A DNA stretch of 62,365 bases, filler included, from Collodictyon triciliatum (Eukaryota), in the NCBI GenBank assembly GCA_043381765.1. It is 5 parts of 5 records of this genome, joined end to end, with 100 filler letters (N's around TTAATTAATTAA, not from the genome) between each part and the next. Parts side by side here need not be neighbours in the genome. Positions count along the whole stretch, not along the records: positions 1 to 16,133 come from JBHJMP010001581.1; positions 16,234 to 32,366 come from JBHJMP010001582.1; positions 32,467 to 48,573 come from JBHJMP010001583.1; 2 more parts are not named here. One strand, 5' to 3'. Below, piece by piece: positions 14,384 to 33,297 of the stretch (the stretch's first letter is position 1; every line of letters begins with the position of its first letter). The notes beneath the pieces are model-generated. The model was not told where the DNA came from, made no database searches, and saw only the letters and a list, made by a program, of their open reading frames with translations. Made by a program: the position numbers and the translations under genes.

Positions 14384-15999
14384 ATGGCCAAGTTTGCCGA
14401 GCGCTTGACGATCCTGCAAGATGCCACAGAGGTCCTTCTGGACAGGCTCTATTTTACACGCAAAGAGGTCTGCAGGATACCCATGTTGGCCAACGAAAAA
14501 GGGCTCAAGTTCAGCCAGCAAATCTGCCGCACCTTCCCTGAGGCACCGCAAAACATGGAGAAGGTATTTGTCCAATTATGCCAAATCATAGAAGTACTGT
14601 ATGATCACAATAGTTGTGAGCGAACTACGTAGTCATTTATTTATTTTTTTTATTCGCAGTGTCGGTGAAACTTTTTCCTTTATCATGTATTTTAAGAGCG
14701 TTTATGTAAAAGAGGGGATATGTATGTGAATTATAATTTCATTTCATAACACACATGGCTCGATCAGGTAATATATAATATAGAGAACGACAGCGTCTTT
14801 AGAAAATGTAAATGTATATTATTTAACAAAGCGAAAAATATTTCTGCATAATTAGATCAATGGCTTTGATATCTTCAAGGCGAGTGTAGAACCCATTCTT
14901 AATGATCTGAAGCGTCATTATGAGACAATCATCGACTTGCTTGAGTATAAAGAACTCACTCTCGCACTTCTTCAAGAAATCAGCGACACCACCGTGTCAT
15001 TGAAGGTGATGTTCACATTTACACCCTTTTTCAAGGATACAAACATCAACAAGAATTAGAAATCATACACAAGATAATAACTTATACACAAACACCCAAT
15101 ATACACCAATCCATCCATACTTTGTAAGGATGTTTCCAGACTCTAAATTCCGTCTTGCAACCCCCCCCCCCCTATAGTTTGATGAGAACTCAGAGTATAT
15201 GATTGCCTACATGAATCTGCTTATTGGATTTATCCAAATACATCTATTACTGGGGCGTTTCGTCGAGCGAAAGATTCTCATCGTCCTCTACGACGCTGCA
15301 TATAGATCCAAAATGAACACGGCTGAGCCCAATTTTCTACGGTATGTAGACCCTCTATCTGTCATGTATTTATTAATGATAGTGATGAAATAATATTCGG
15401 TGCATATCACCAACTCGTCCTGAAAATCATCATCAAAAAGTAGAGGTTATATTTTTAAATTGACTGCGTTTGCTCAGGTTGACCAACTACATTCAAGAGT
15501 TTGAAAACACGATCCGCCATCTACAAGATATCCTGGCGCCAAACGCCAGCAGAGTCGGAGAAACCCTCATGAATCTCGTCCAAACATACCAACGCTGTAA
15601 CTCTGTCCCGGCCTTAAGAAAGGAAGGAGCTCTTTCACTCATCCAGGCTCAAGACAAACTGACACTTCCCATTCAGGACCACGTAATCATTTAAACTATT
15701 ACACACATATGGATCAACCATAATATCCGCAGACTAGCACAGTTTTTAAATAGCTCATCAAACATTCCTCAATTATTTCAAAGTAATATGTTGGACCACT
15801 GAATTTCTATAAATCGGTCAAATTTATTTTCATCTCTATAATGACACAGTTCCGCTTCGAGCTTGTGTACTTGGGAAGATTCTACCTTTGGATTGTCTAT
15901 GGTTTCCTTTTCTGCCCCAAGGGACTCAAAGTGGAATGTTTGGATATCCTCAAAGTTGCACTCTCTGATGGATGGGTTGCTACTATCTATCGTGACGAG
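14384..15999 (+). CDS. NCKAP1: Nck-associated protein 1 (Nap1/Hem, WAVE/SCAR complex), 5' part only
   Basis: MAKFAERLTILQDATEVLLDRLY...QICRTFP resembles the Nap1 N-terminus (KLAEKLTILND...LTRLY...IVRKFP); later exons contain HLLLGRFVERKILIVLY, WIVYGFLFCP and VATIYRDE. Cut by the contig end. Confidence 0.85.
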
Positions 16000-16010
16000 G
16001 TAATTGACCA

Positions 16011-16133
16011 TCTCACTGACTCACTGACTCACTCACTCACTGACTCACTGACTCACTCACTGACTCACTCACTGACTCACTCACTCACTCACTCACTCAC
16101 TCACTCACTCACTCACTCACTCACTCACTCACT
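16011..16133. repeat. (TCAC/TGAC)n microsatellite in an NCKAP1 intron at the contig end
   Basis: Tetranucleotide array running into the N spacer. Confidence 0.95.
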
Positions 16134-16233
16134 NNNNNNNNNNNNNNNNNNNNNNNNNNNNNNNNNNNNNNNNNNNNTTAATTAATTAANNNNNNNNNNN
16201 NNNNNNNNNNNNNNNNNNNNNNNNNNNNNNNNN
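16134..16233. other. Artificial contig spacer (44N-TTAATTAATTAA-44N)
   Basis: Exactly 100 nt with stops in all six frames; four identical copies in the window. Confidence 0.97.
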
Positions 16234-16518
16234 GAATAGGATACCGTCTGTTTTGTTGAAGTTGATTTTGCCTCCAACTGCAAGTGTGTATTCTTGCATG
16301 CACTTATTTGCCAGGATGGCGCCTTCAGGGGAGCGAAGGATGAAGGCTGTATCGTCGGCATATTGCAGGAGGAATTGGTTGTGGATTTTGTTATTGTTTC
16401 TGAAGTGGATTGCAAGACAGTCGGCGACAAAATTAAAGAGAAGCGGCGCCAGAGAGCATCCTTGGTAGACGCCGCTTTGTCTCTGGATTATGTCGGTAGG
16501 GCCGTGTGCAGTAAAAGT
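16234..16518 (-). mobile_element. Non-LTR retrotransposon reverse transcriptase fragment (L1/Tx1-like)
   Basis: Open minus frame of 95 codons absent from the ORF track: TFTAHGPTDIIQRQSGVYQGCSLAPLLFNFVADCLAIHFRNNNKIHNQFLLQYADDTAFILRSPEGAILANKCMQEYTLAVGGKINFNKTDGILF. It carries GVxQGCxLxPLLF, YADD (16351-16362) and GxKINxxKT. Confidence 0.9.
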
Positions 16519-17222
16519 TTATCAGGCTAGCATCTTTCCTCCAAAATAAAAGCAAAATAGTCCGAGCGCTACTACTTTGTTTTACTTAGTTGCACTGCAT
16601 AGTCGAAGTATTGTATGACGGCGTATCAAAATTGTTGATGTTATTAGTTAAGTTAATTGAAGAAAATATGTGTATCGTGGAATTGTGAGAAAACAGATGG
16701 TGGGGCATACAAATATCCCCGATTTTTTTAGGCCAAACAAAAATATGCGGTGGGTTTTCATTTTATGAGCATACTGGAAGGAGTATACCATCTTTCAATT
16801 GGTAAACTTGGTCCGCTAGTATCCAAGGTCTCGCCACTTTTTTCACAAAGATTGTGTAGTGGTGAAGGCTGTCGGGGACGACCCAACAGCCTGTTTTTTA
16901 AAGCGTGGTGTATAATTTTTTGAAGGATTAAAAGAACATTTTATGGGTATAATTTCACACAAACAGTCACACTGAGAGCCAAGAGGAATCAAAACAGTAG
17001 TATATTACAGACGTGCTTTTTCGAGTGTTTTGGTATATTTGGATTTATTGCCAACTAGATACCATCTGCTTGTTTTATGGTGATTATTGTGCTGTGTTAT
17101 ATTCATTATATTTTTTTACAAAAAAATGGTCTCTAATTGGAAAGGCTTCAATAAGGTGATGCCTTATGTCTTTCGGCTGCGGAGGACTAGCAACGTCCAA
17201 TAATTTGATAGGAAACGGATGT

Positions 17223-25124
<7,902 letters not shown>

Positions 25125-25738
25125 TCGAAGGTGGGTTGATCGCGCAAGTTTCGGCTGCGAAAAGGCAAAGATGAAGAAGAAAAAGAAATGAAGAGCGAAG
25201 AAAGATCTTGGCCGCTGCTTCGAAGGAGGCGCCTTCTCACCCGACACGCTGTGGATCTTGGGCTTTGCGTGAATCCTTTCTCTTTTTTCCTTTTTTTTTT
25301 TCTCAACTCGGTTTCTTTCTCTGACTCTGGGTTTGTATAAAAAGATAGGCTTTAAGGAGAAAAGCAGTTGACAGGAAAACATCTGTTGGATGTCAAAAAT
25401 GCTATCATACCAAAATAGGTATGAGTACATCGTTCCTTTTTCTCTTTATCTTTGGCTGGAGCCTTTATTTCATTTCCCCAAAACAACAGTTGAAAATGAT
25501 TGTGAAAGCAAGCGGGTCTGAGCACAGATATACTCGGATGTTTAATTGTGCTTGGAGAAGAACGATGATAGTGAAGGGTACTACTGGAACTAGGTGGAGA
25601 AGCATAGAATGATTATAAATGTATATATCGGAAGGATTCTATGGTGGAGACGTGCAATCATGTTATAATTTTTCTCGTTTTCGAACCAATGTTGTCCTCT
25701 CTGCAGAAGCTAAACGAGGAAATCATATTAGAAATGTT

Positions 25739-28700
25739 TTACTGGAAAGCAGTACTATTTTTTTTTTTTTTTTTTTGCTTAAAACTAAGTAAAAAGGACA
25801 GCATAAAATGGGAGAAAGGAGACTGTTGTGTATGTAGCGAAAGATTTTCGTTGGTTTGGGTGGATGATTGTGTGTGAGGCAAACCCAATATTTTTTCGAA
25901 ATGTGTTTCTTTGAAGGACTTCAGTTTGGCTTTGTGGTCCCAAATTATTTGGCAAACTTTTTCGCATGTTTCAGGGTCTGAAAACGTGAGTGACAACGGA
26001 TTTCCACTTTGGACTTGAATGCATATGTTTGAAGAGAAATATCAAGAAAGAGGATGAATGGGGTATTGATGCTGAACTTTTGACCTCAGCTCATCATAGT
26101 ATTAGAAAATGCAAAAGTATGCAAACTGCTTTTAAATTATTATGATTTAGGTGAAGAAAAAAAGAAGCTGGTACTGGACAAGGCTAGAGATTAGAAGGTT
26201 TACTTGTTTCTGGCATGAAGGAGAACAGAATAGGATTCGATGAATAGTATTTCATTTGCAAAATACAGGGACTGTTGGAGTCGACGTGGCTCTGTCATGG
26301 AAAAAAAAGTTAGTTAATAGTAATAATTAGATTTTTTATGTTTTTTTTTTTTTTGAAGAGCAAGGACAAGAGAAGAATGAAAAGAAGAATAGAGAAAAGA
26401 CTCAAACGGTGGTACAAACGAACGATTACATGATAGTAACAGTAAAATATTCGGAAAAGGAAGATAATCGATTGTAGCTCGTTATCGAAAAAGAGGGAAA
26501 CGATATTCAAATCCATCGAATCAAAGCCTGAATGATATTCACCAGGATTTGGTCGTAGGAGTAAACACTCTTCACGTTGGCGAGTCCCATCCGCGAAAGA
26601 TCTGGCTCCACTAAACAATGAAAACCAGACAGTGAAAATGAAGAAAAGCGATGGAATGTAGATAAAGGTTTATCGGTAAATAGACATTACTTCATTATAT
26701 TATTTTTTCCAATACGCTCTTCACCGTTTGTTAAAAACATATTCAATCGACAGTAAAAAAATACAAAAAAAAAAAAAAAATAGAGCAAGCAAAATAGATT
26801 CGAGGAGATTAAATATTCCAGAAACAAAGTTAACTCTTCCAATTACCAAAGATAAGGTGAGTTTCGTCAGGCACGATATAGCGTATCATTTTCATGTTAT
26901 CCGATGTAGACATGCTGCATCCAATAACATCTCTATCGGCTATTCAGAATGTCGACGACTAAATAAAACATATGTGGTGCAGACGGAAAAAAAGTGTAAG
27001 AAAAACATACCAAAACTTGTGACATCGCCCTCTTTGAAGGTAGGAATTGAGCCAGGAAAAGGCAAAAGGTCTTCTGTTTTATTTGTGCAAAGTAGCTTTA
27101 CTCGACGGTACACGAAAAATACCTGCAAAAGTTCGGAAGGAATGTCATCGAAGGTGAGAAAATTATACATTTCTTGAAAATTATATCTTTAAGAAAAGGA
27201 AATAGATCTAAACCTGCATCACCCGTCTCATAGACTCTACTGAAATCTGAGCTTTCTTGGGTTGGTCTAATCGATTATTATTATTANNNNNNNNNNNNNN
27301 NNNNNNNNNNNNNNNNNNNNNNNNNNNNNNNNNNNNNNNNNNNNNNNNNNNNNNNNNNNNNNNNNNNGCTCAAATTTATTTGCAAGGTAAGTTAAAAAAT
27401 TTTGATTCAATTCAAAATAAACCTTGGATACATGGCTTACTCTCAGGATGAAGGCCAAGGGCGTGCGGGTTAGCAGAAATCGATACAAAAGAAAACACTG
27501 AGACAAATTCATTAAATCAGATGTCTTCTATTCATATATTTAATTTCATATCTTATTGTTAAAAAGCTTCAAAAGAGGAGAGAGAATCAGTGACGCGCTG
27601 GAGAAGATAAAATCGACAGACGCTTAGCTCGATTCCACTCTTCCTCAAAAATATCGACAAAAGAGGTCTTCATCGAGCCTTGATAGCATATCCTCAAGTT
27701 ATCGACAGAAGAATCATATAATTGCTATATATATAAACAGGTATTAGATATGACATGAAAGAAATTATTTTGGTTTTATATTGATTTTAGTTTGATTTTT
27801 GGTTCGATCTTTTATCAAAGCATATACCTTGATTATGAGCATGTGTTGCTCACAGATTCTGACAGGAAGATTCCCGTGGTAGATTAACTCCTTCATCAGA
27901 GCCTCAACAGCCAAAAGGATTGACAGTGATTTTGATGAAGCAAACAAGGTCAACAATCGCTGAAACATGTCCCGCGAATAATCAACTTCATCCCTCTGTG
28001 ACAAAGATCAAAATAAATACAAAAATCAGTTATTGCTGTTTCTATGTGCACAATTTAAGACGCATCAAGGGTTGTAGTGATTGGTGACTAAAGTTCTGAG
28101 TTAGGGGTTTGAGATGAAAATTGAGTGGAATGAATAAAAGCAATCAATAATAAAAATAAAAAAAAACTGAGAAAGCATGAAACTCCAAGTAAGAATGAGC
28201 AAATACAGGTGCCATTGATGCAATCATAGCTGGAGTAAGTCCAACAAAATCTAGCGGGTCTCTAGAGGAAACCTATGAGGGAGAATTGCAAAAGATTAGC
28301 TTATGTTTAATAATAATAATAATAACCAGGAAGAAAGCGCTTATAAAAATGAACCTGAGATATGTATGAAAGATAGTCCTCCTCGGTGTCATCGTGGTCG
28401 CATGAATGAGGCGGCGAACTGTCCAAAAAGACATGCTCCGATGATGAGAGCAAAATACTGAGTTTGCTGCATTTCTGGTTTCCCAATTTGTTGCTTTCGA
28501 AATCATTATGTGAAGACTTCAGTGGAACATGAATATTGTCCTAGTCAATTCACGAATATAAGGGGAAAAAATTGCAAAAATAATTGACATTTTGACATGT
28601 TGTCGAAAAGAGCGATAAGAATGTGGATGGGCTCACTTCATGGAATTGGTGGTGTCCAGAATATGCAGAAAGCGAATCAATCGAACTGACGCGGAGCAAC

Positions 28701-31700
28701 GAACGAGCTGCATCATCATCGCACTTTTTGTTGATTTTCAAAATGAATTAAGACCACATTTAATTGTACAATAAATGGAATATGAATCCTGAACCGGATA
28801 TATTATTAAACAAAAGACGCGTGACACATCATATCAATGCGGTTTACTCCCAGGAAATTAACGCTACAAATGTACTTACACTCGAACTCAAACACCCAGA
28901 TTGATTTGATGATGTTGAGTGCATCTGCTTAGAATGAAATTAATTTGTGGTAGAAAATAGAGATAAGGATATTGCAAAAGCTTTCTGGGTGTTATCATTC
29001 GTTGTGTGTGCAAAAAAAAAAAAAAATCATTCTTTAATGATGCTTATGTAAATAAAATAAAACCAGTTCGGAGGGGGATGGGAAGGATGATTCAGTTGTG
29101 TCTGCCACTCGGAGACGCATAGGGAAGAATCCGCAAATCTTCAGTACTTGCGGGTGTACGTAGGCACTTGTCACGATTCCATACAGAAGCAACAAGGTTG
29201 AGAGAACCATCCGTTCGTCTCCAGAACTCAGATAATTCAACAAAGCTGTCCGATAGTGGTTGGTGTTGCTAGAACACATAGCACATGGGGTGTTAGTTTA
29301 AATAGTTTTTATTTTTATCTGCTTTCTGGTTGTTGTTTTATTTTTTTTTAAAAAAAAAAGACTCGCCCATATAGTCAAACATCAGCCACTAAATGAGAAT
29401 CAATCAAACCAAACATACCTAATAAATAAAGAGCTGCTCGAGTGTTCTTGATGAGGAAAGATATTTCGTCCTACATATTAAGTAATTTTTCAAAAAAAAA
29501 AAGGATATTAATAGATTGGACTTTCGCTAGATATATAGCTTAAGGGTTATACAATTGAAAATAGAAAGAGGAGACAGCCATTATTTTTTTTTCGATTAAG
29601 ATATATCTAATTCGAAGACTACCATTCACACGAGGATGCCGATGAGAGTGACCTACTGACTGTGGAGGAGGGTCAACTTGAATCATCGGCGGTTGCTTGT
29701 TCAGCAAGGCCATAACCGTCATGTTGACCATGTCATGTGAATGACATATCCGAAAAAACTGATGCGAAAGTTAGGCAATCTTGCTATTAGAATGCACGTC
29801 TTGCGTGGTCGATCATCAATAAACAAGCATTTATGAATAATGATACGCGATGCTCCGTGAATTGCATATCAACCTGTAATGCAAGTTCATAGTAGAGAAT
29901 GTTTCGTTCATAAAAAAAATACCTGAGCAAGACTTAAAAGTGAAGTTAGCGGAGATATCTTCATCTTTAATGGACCGTTCTGGTATTTACCATTTAATGA
30001 GTATTACAGATACCAGATTCCATATGTCAAATTCAGGTTGTTGTTTTTTTTAATGAAGCGAAGATTACAACATTCGAAGAGTGGTATCAAATGAAAAATG
30101 AATAGTGAATCAATATATACGAATTGAACAGAACTTGAACAAACCTCGTGTTTCTTAAGGCTACCGGGTTGGCTCGACGGACTTTGAAGGACACTCGAAG
30201 GAGAACCAGTCAATGACTTTTGCGGACGGAATGAAGGACTTCCCGGTGGTGTATGATTGGGGCTGGTAAATGGCGAATTGTGGTATGACGAGCTCAGCAG
30301 CGATGTAACTAAGATTGGGAGAAGCAGATATTGAACCAGATAGTCTGTCAATGTTTCATTAAGCCCAGGGATTCTGCATTCAAAAACGTCGTTGATATAA
30401 TAGAATATATCAACTATGTCAGAAAAGTAATCTCTGTACGCCTCGGTCCCAGATTGCCTGTGATTTGAAGGAAATGAAGGAATGGTGTATTATTATCTGA
30501 TGTTTTTGTAGTATCATGTATGTTGTCATCTTTACTAAATGGCGATGATAATCAAAGTAATCAAAACACTAAACTGATCTAGAAGCATATATTTATCCAT
30601 CCTGGTGTGTATGTTCCTCAAAGCCCATGTCAGGTTCAAAAAGAATGCCGCTGCTTTGGGGTGAAGGAAAAAGGCCCGGGCAGCTTCGTCCTCCACTACT
30701 ACATGAAAATTTATAGGTATGCTGCATGGTTATTTGCCGCTATTGAGTGGCATTTTTATATAAAGAAATGAAAAGGATAAGCATCACTGTTGGCCCAGGT
30801 TTTAAATGATTGTGCCTTCATTAAACATATCAACATATAGGTAGAAACGTGGGGTCCGTGTAATGATTGCGCGCATTACCTCGAAATATGTCGAGACTAA
30901 TCATCCTCACAGACATACGAACGGAACTTTCCGAGTGATTGAGTAATCTGCAAGTGTCCGTGTATAATGGGAAGGAGTTTTCTTCATCCTATGCCAAAAA
31001 AAAAAAAAAAAGGAGGAGGAGGAGGTATTATCATTATCGATAAAGAATGTATGAAGAAGCTATTATGATTTAATACAGTATCGGTTTACAATTATCAAAT
31101 CAAGAAAGTCACGTGGTGCAATCCATATATAGTGATGTATGATAATATTTTTACTCCGACCCATTTTTGTGTAAAAAGGACTTGGGTGGCGTTTGTCTTA
31201 TGTAAAACATCATAATTCAATATGAGTTTCGCATCTGAAATTTACCGGGTCAAAGAAGAAATGAAGCGAATCAGCACTCAGTCGCACGGTAACCGCACTC
31301 AGAAGGGATATGTAAAGCACCAGAGTTTCTTCATCAGTGTGATCAAATCGATGACGTATAACGTCATTCGTGCGGTTGTTTGAAAGCAAATAATCTATAT
31401 TACATGAAAGTGTTTTTGTTCAGGCAATTATCGTGTTGACACGGCTATTGCAAAAAAAAAAAATAATCCCGTAGAATGTGAAATAGATATGAAAATAGAG
31501 TATTTGAAAAGAATAGAAATAATGAATCGAGGCATTTGAGATGGCTCTGATTTTCATTTCAACTCTGTTTTTCAAAGATAAAATAATACTTACAGATACA
31601 CATTTCATTCTTCAATTTATCCACAAGCATGACCATAGCGTTCAGTATAGCAATCTTAACTTGCTTGTGAGGATTGTGCTTCAAAATATCGATGAATATT

Positions 31701-32028
31701 GATATCAGGCTTTTCTCCAAAAAGAAACTGCAGGACGAGTCGAATTAGGATAACAAGTAGAGGTAAAATAGAAAATCAATCGCATCATGGCTTCGCTCTA
31801 TTCGAAATATTAATGAACAACATGCACTCATCATCGTAAGATATGTAAATTATGAAAAGAGAAGAATATTGCTTGTATCCAATGTTATTTGGCCATACTC
31901 TATGATTTTCGGGTCGTGCTCATCTCCCCATATTACAATATCAGCGACTGTTTGAATTCCTTCGATCACACCGCTTCGATTTGCATCAGAAACAATTGTG
32001 TTTTTGGATAATTGACCGCTCCAGAATC
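25739..32028 (-). CDS. CLEC16A: CLEC16A/TT9/GOP-1 (FPL domain) protein, 5'-truncated
   Basis: Exons VIEGIQTVADIVIWGDEHDPKIIE, FFLEKS, YLLSNNRTNDVIRHRFDHTDEETLVLYISLL, LHFFFD, FPLYTD...NHSESSVRMSVR and LTDYLVQYLLLPILVTSL. The 3' end is approximate; the first exon(s) are lost at the contig end. Confidence 0.85.
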
Positions 32029-32189
32029 TGCAAGGCAGAGAATAAACAATACATCAGGGAAAATGAACGCTGAAAAGAACATTGCGAAAGAATATAAAAA
32101 AGGATTTCTCTTTTCCTGTTTTATTTACACAGAAAAGCTGTTTTAATTATTGGCCTTTGTATGATTGGTTGTTTGTCTTGTTTTGTTTT

Positions 32190-32366
32190 GTTTTTTCTTT
32201 TGTTTTTTCTTTTGTTTTTTCTTTTGTTTTTTCTTTTGTTTTTTCTTTTGTTTCTTCTTTTGTTTCTTCTTTTGTTTTTTCTTTTGTTTTTTCTTTTGTT
32301 TTTTCTTTTGTTTTTTCTTTTGTTTTTTCTTTTGTTTTTTCTTTTGTTTTTTCTTTTGTTTTTTCT
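32190..32366. repeat. (TTTTTTCTTTTG)n 12-mer minisatellite at the contig end
   Basis: Tandem array running into the N spacer. Confidence 0.92.
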
Positions 32367-32466
32367 NNNNNNNNNNNNNNNNNNNNNNNNNNNNNNNNNN
32401 NNNNNNNNNNTTAATTAATTAANNNNNNNNNNNNNNNNNNNNNNNNNNNNNNNNNNNNNNNNNNNN
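32367..32466. other. Artificial contig spacer
   Basis: 44N-TTAATTAATTAA-44N. Confidence 0.97.

Positions 32467-32514
<48 letters not shown>
32467..32514. repeat. (GA)n microsatellite at the contig start
   Basis: Dinucleotide array. Confidence 0.95.
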
Positions 32515-32518
<4 letters not shown>

Positions 32519-32583
32519 AGGCTGGATGGCAGCATTTGACAAAAGAGAAAAGGAAGGAAAGGAAAACGCTATAAGAGAAATAC

Positions 32584-32716
32584 CTTGCTGGACGATTCCC
32601 TTCGGCTGGACGATGGGCTCGCTTCCTTGCGCACAGTTTGTGCCAAAGGCTATGGCAGTCGGGACGGCGCAAAGCAGCAAAGCGAGGCCAGCAAGGGCGA
32701 TCAACTTGTTTCTCAT
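32584..32716 (-). CDS. First exon of a putative secreted protein
   Basis: MRNKLIALAGLALLLCAVPTAIAF is a typical signal peptide; donor GTATTT follows ...GIVQQ; the remainder is lost at the contig end. Confidence 0.65.
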
Positions 32717-33170
32717 GGAGATCTATCGCAAGTGTATGTGATCAACTCTCAAAATGAACAATTAAGCCCAACATAAAATAGCGACAGCTTTTATTCGCGA
32801 CTGCTTCTACTAAAGTGATTGACTGACGAAGAGTTTGAGTTTCTTCCTCTCTGCTTTTTCCTTGCTTTCCCTTTCAAAACACAATGTCGAAAACCAAGCC
32901 ACTCCCTTTTAAAAAAAAAAAAAAAGCCGGACGGTCTTTTGGGCCGGTCTGAGTGAGGGTCGGTAAAGGACGTTGGTCGTGGGCGTACCAATTACCTTCA
33001 ACGCCGCACTAACAACTTCGGTTCGCCTCTTGGGTTCGTTCATAGGCGCAGAACGCTTCAAGTTTATTGGGAACTGGAAAATTGCTTGGGAACATTCAGT
33101 GAATTATTCTAAGTTCAGAATTGTTGTGTCCTTTTCTTCTCCAGGGCGAAAGGTGGGTGTGTGATTGTGG

Positions 33171-33280
33171 GGAATGATGGAATGATGGAATGATGGAATG
33201 ATGGAATGATGGAATGATGGAATGATGGAATGATGGAATGATGGAATGATGGAATGATGGAATGATGGAATGATGGAATG
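33171..33280. repeat. (GGAATGAT)n octamer array just 3' of the GTPBP stop codon
   Basis: About 13 perfect tandem units. Confidence 0.95.
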
Positions 33281-33297
33281 GTAGCGGCAGGGAAGAG

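Noticed and set aside
16011..16133. (TCAC)n at a contig end as a telomere
   Set aside because: It starts about 11 nt after a splice donor inside the incomplete NCKAP1 gene, so it is an intronic microsatellite.
16178..16189. TTAATTAATTAA as a biological repeat or piggyBac TTAA target
   Set aside because: It is always centred in exactly 44+44 N, so it is an assembly linker.
16866..16892. Hairpin AGGCTGT-C-GGG..CCC-A-ACAGCCT followed by a T run
   Set aside because: A single short stem that chance can explain; bacterial terminator logic does not apply to this eukaryotic context.
28960..29515. ATATCCTT on the minus strand (about 28966 and 29503) as U12 AT-AC donors
   Set aside because: Both lie inside introns whose flanking exons join in phase through ordinary GT-AG sites.
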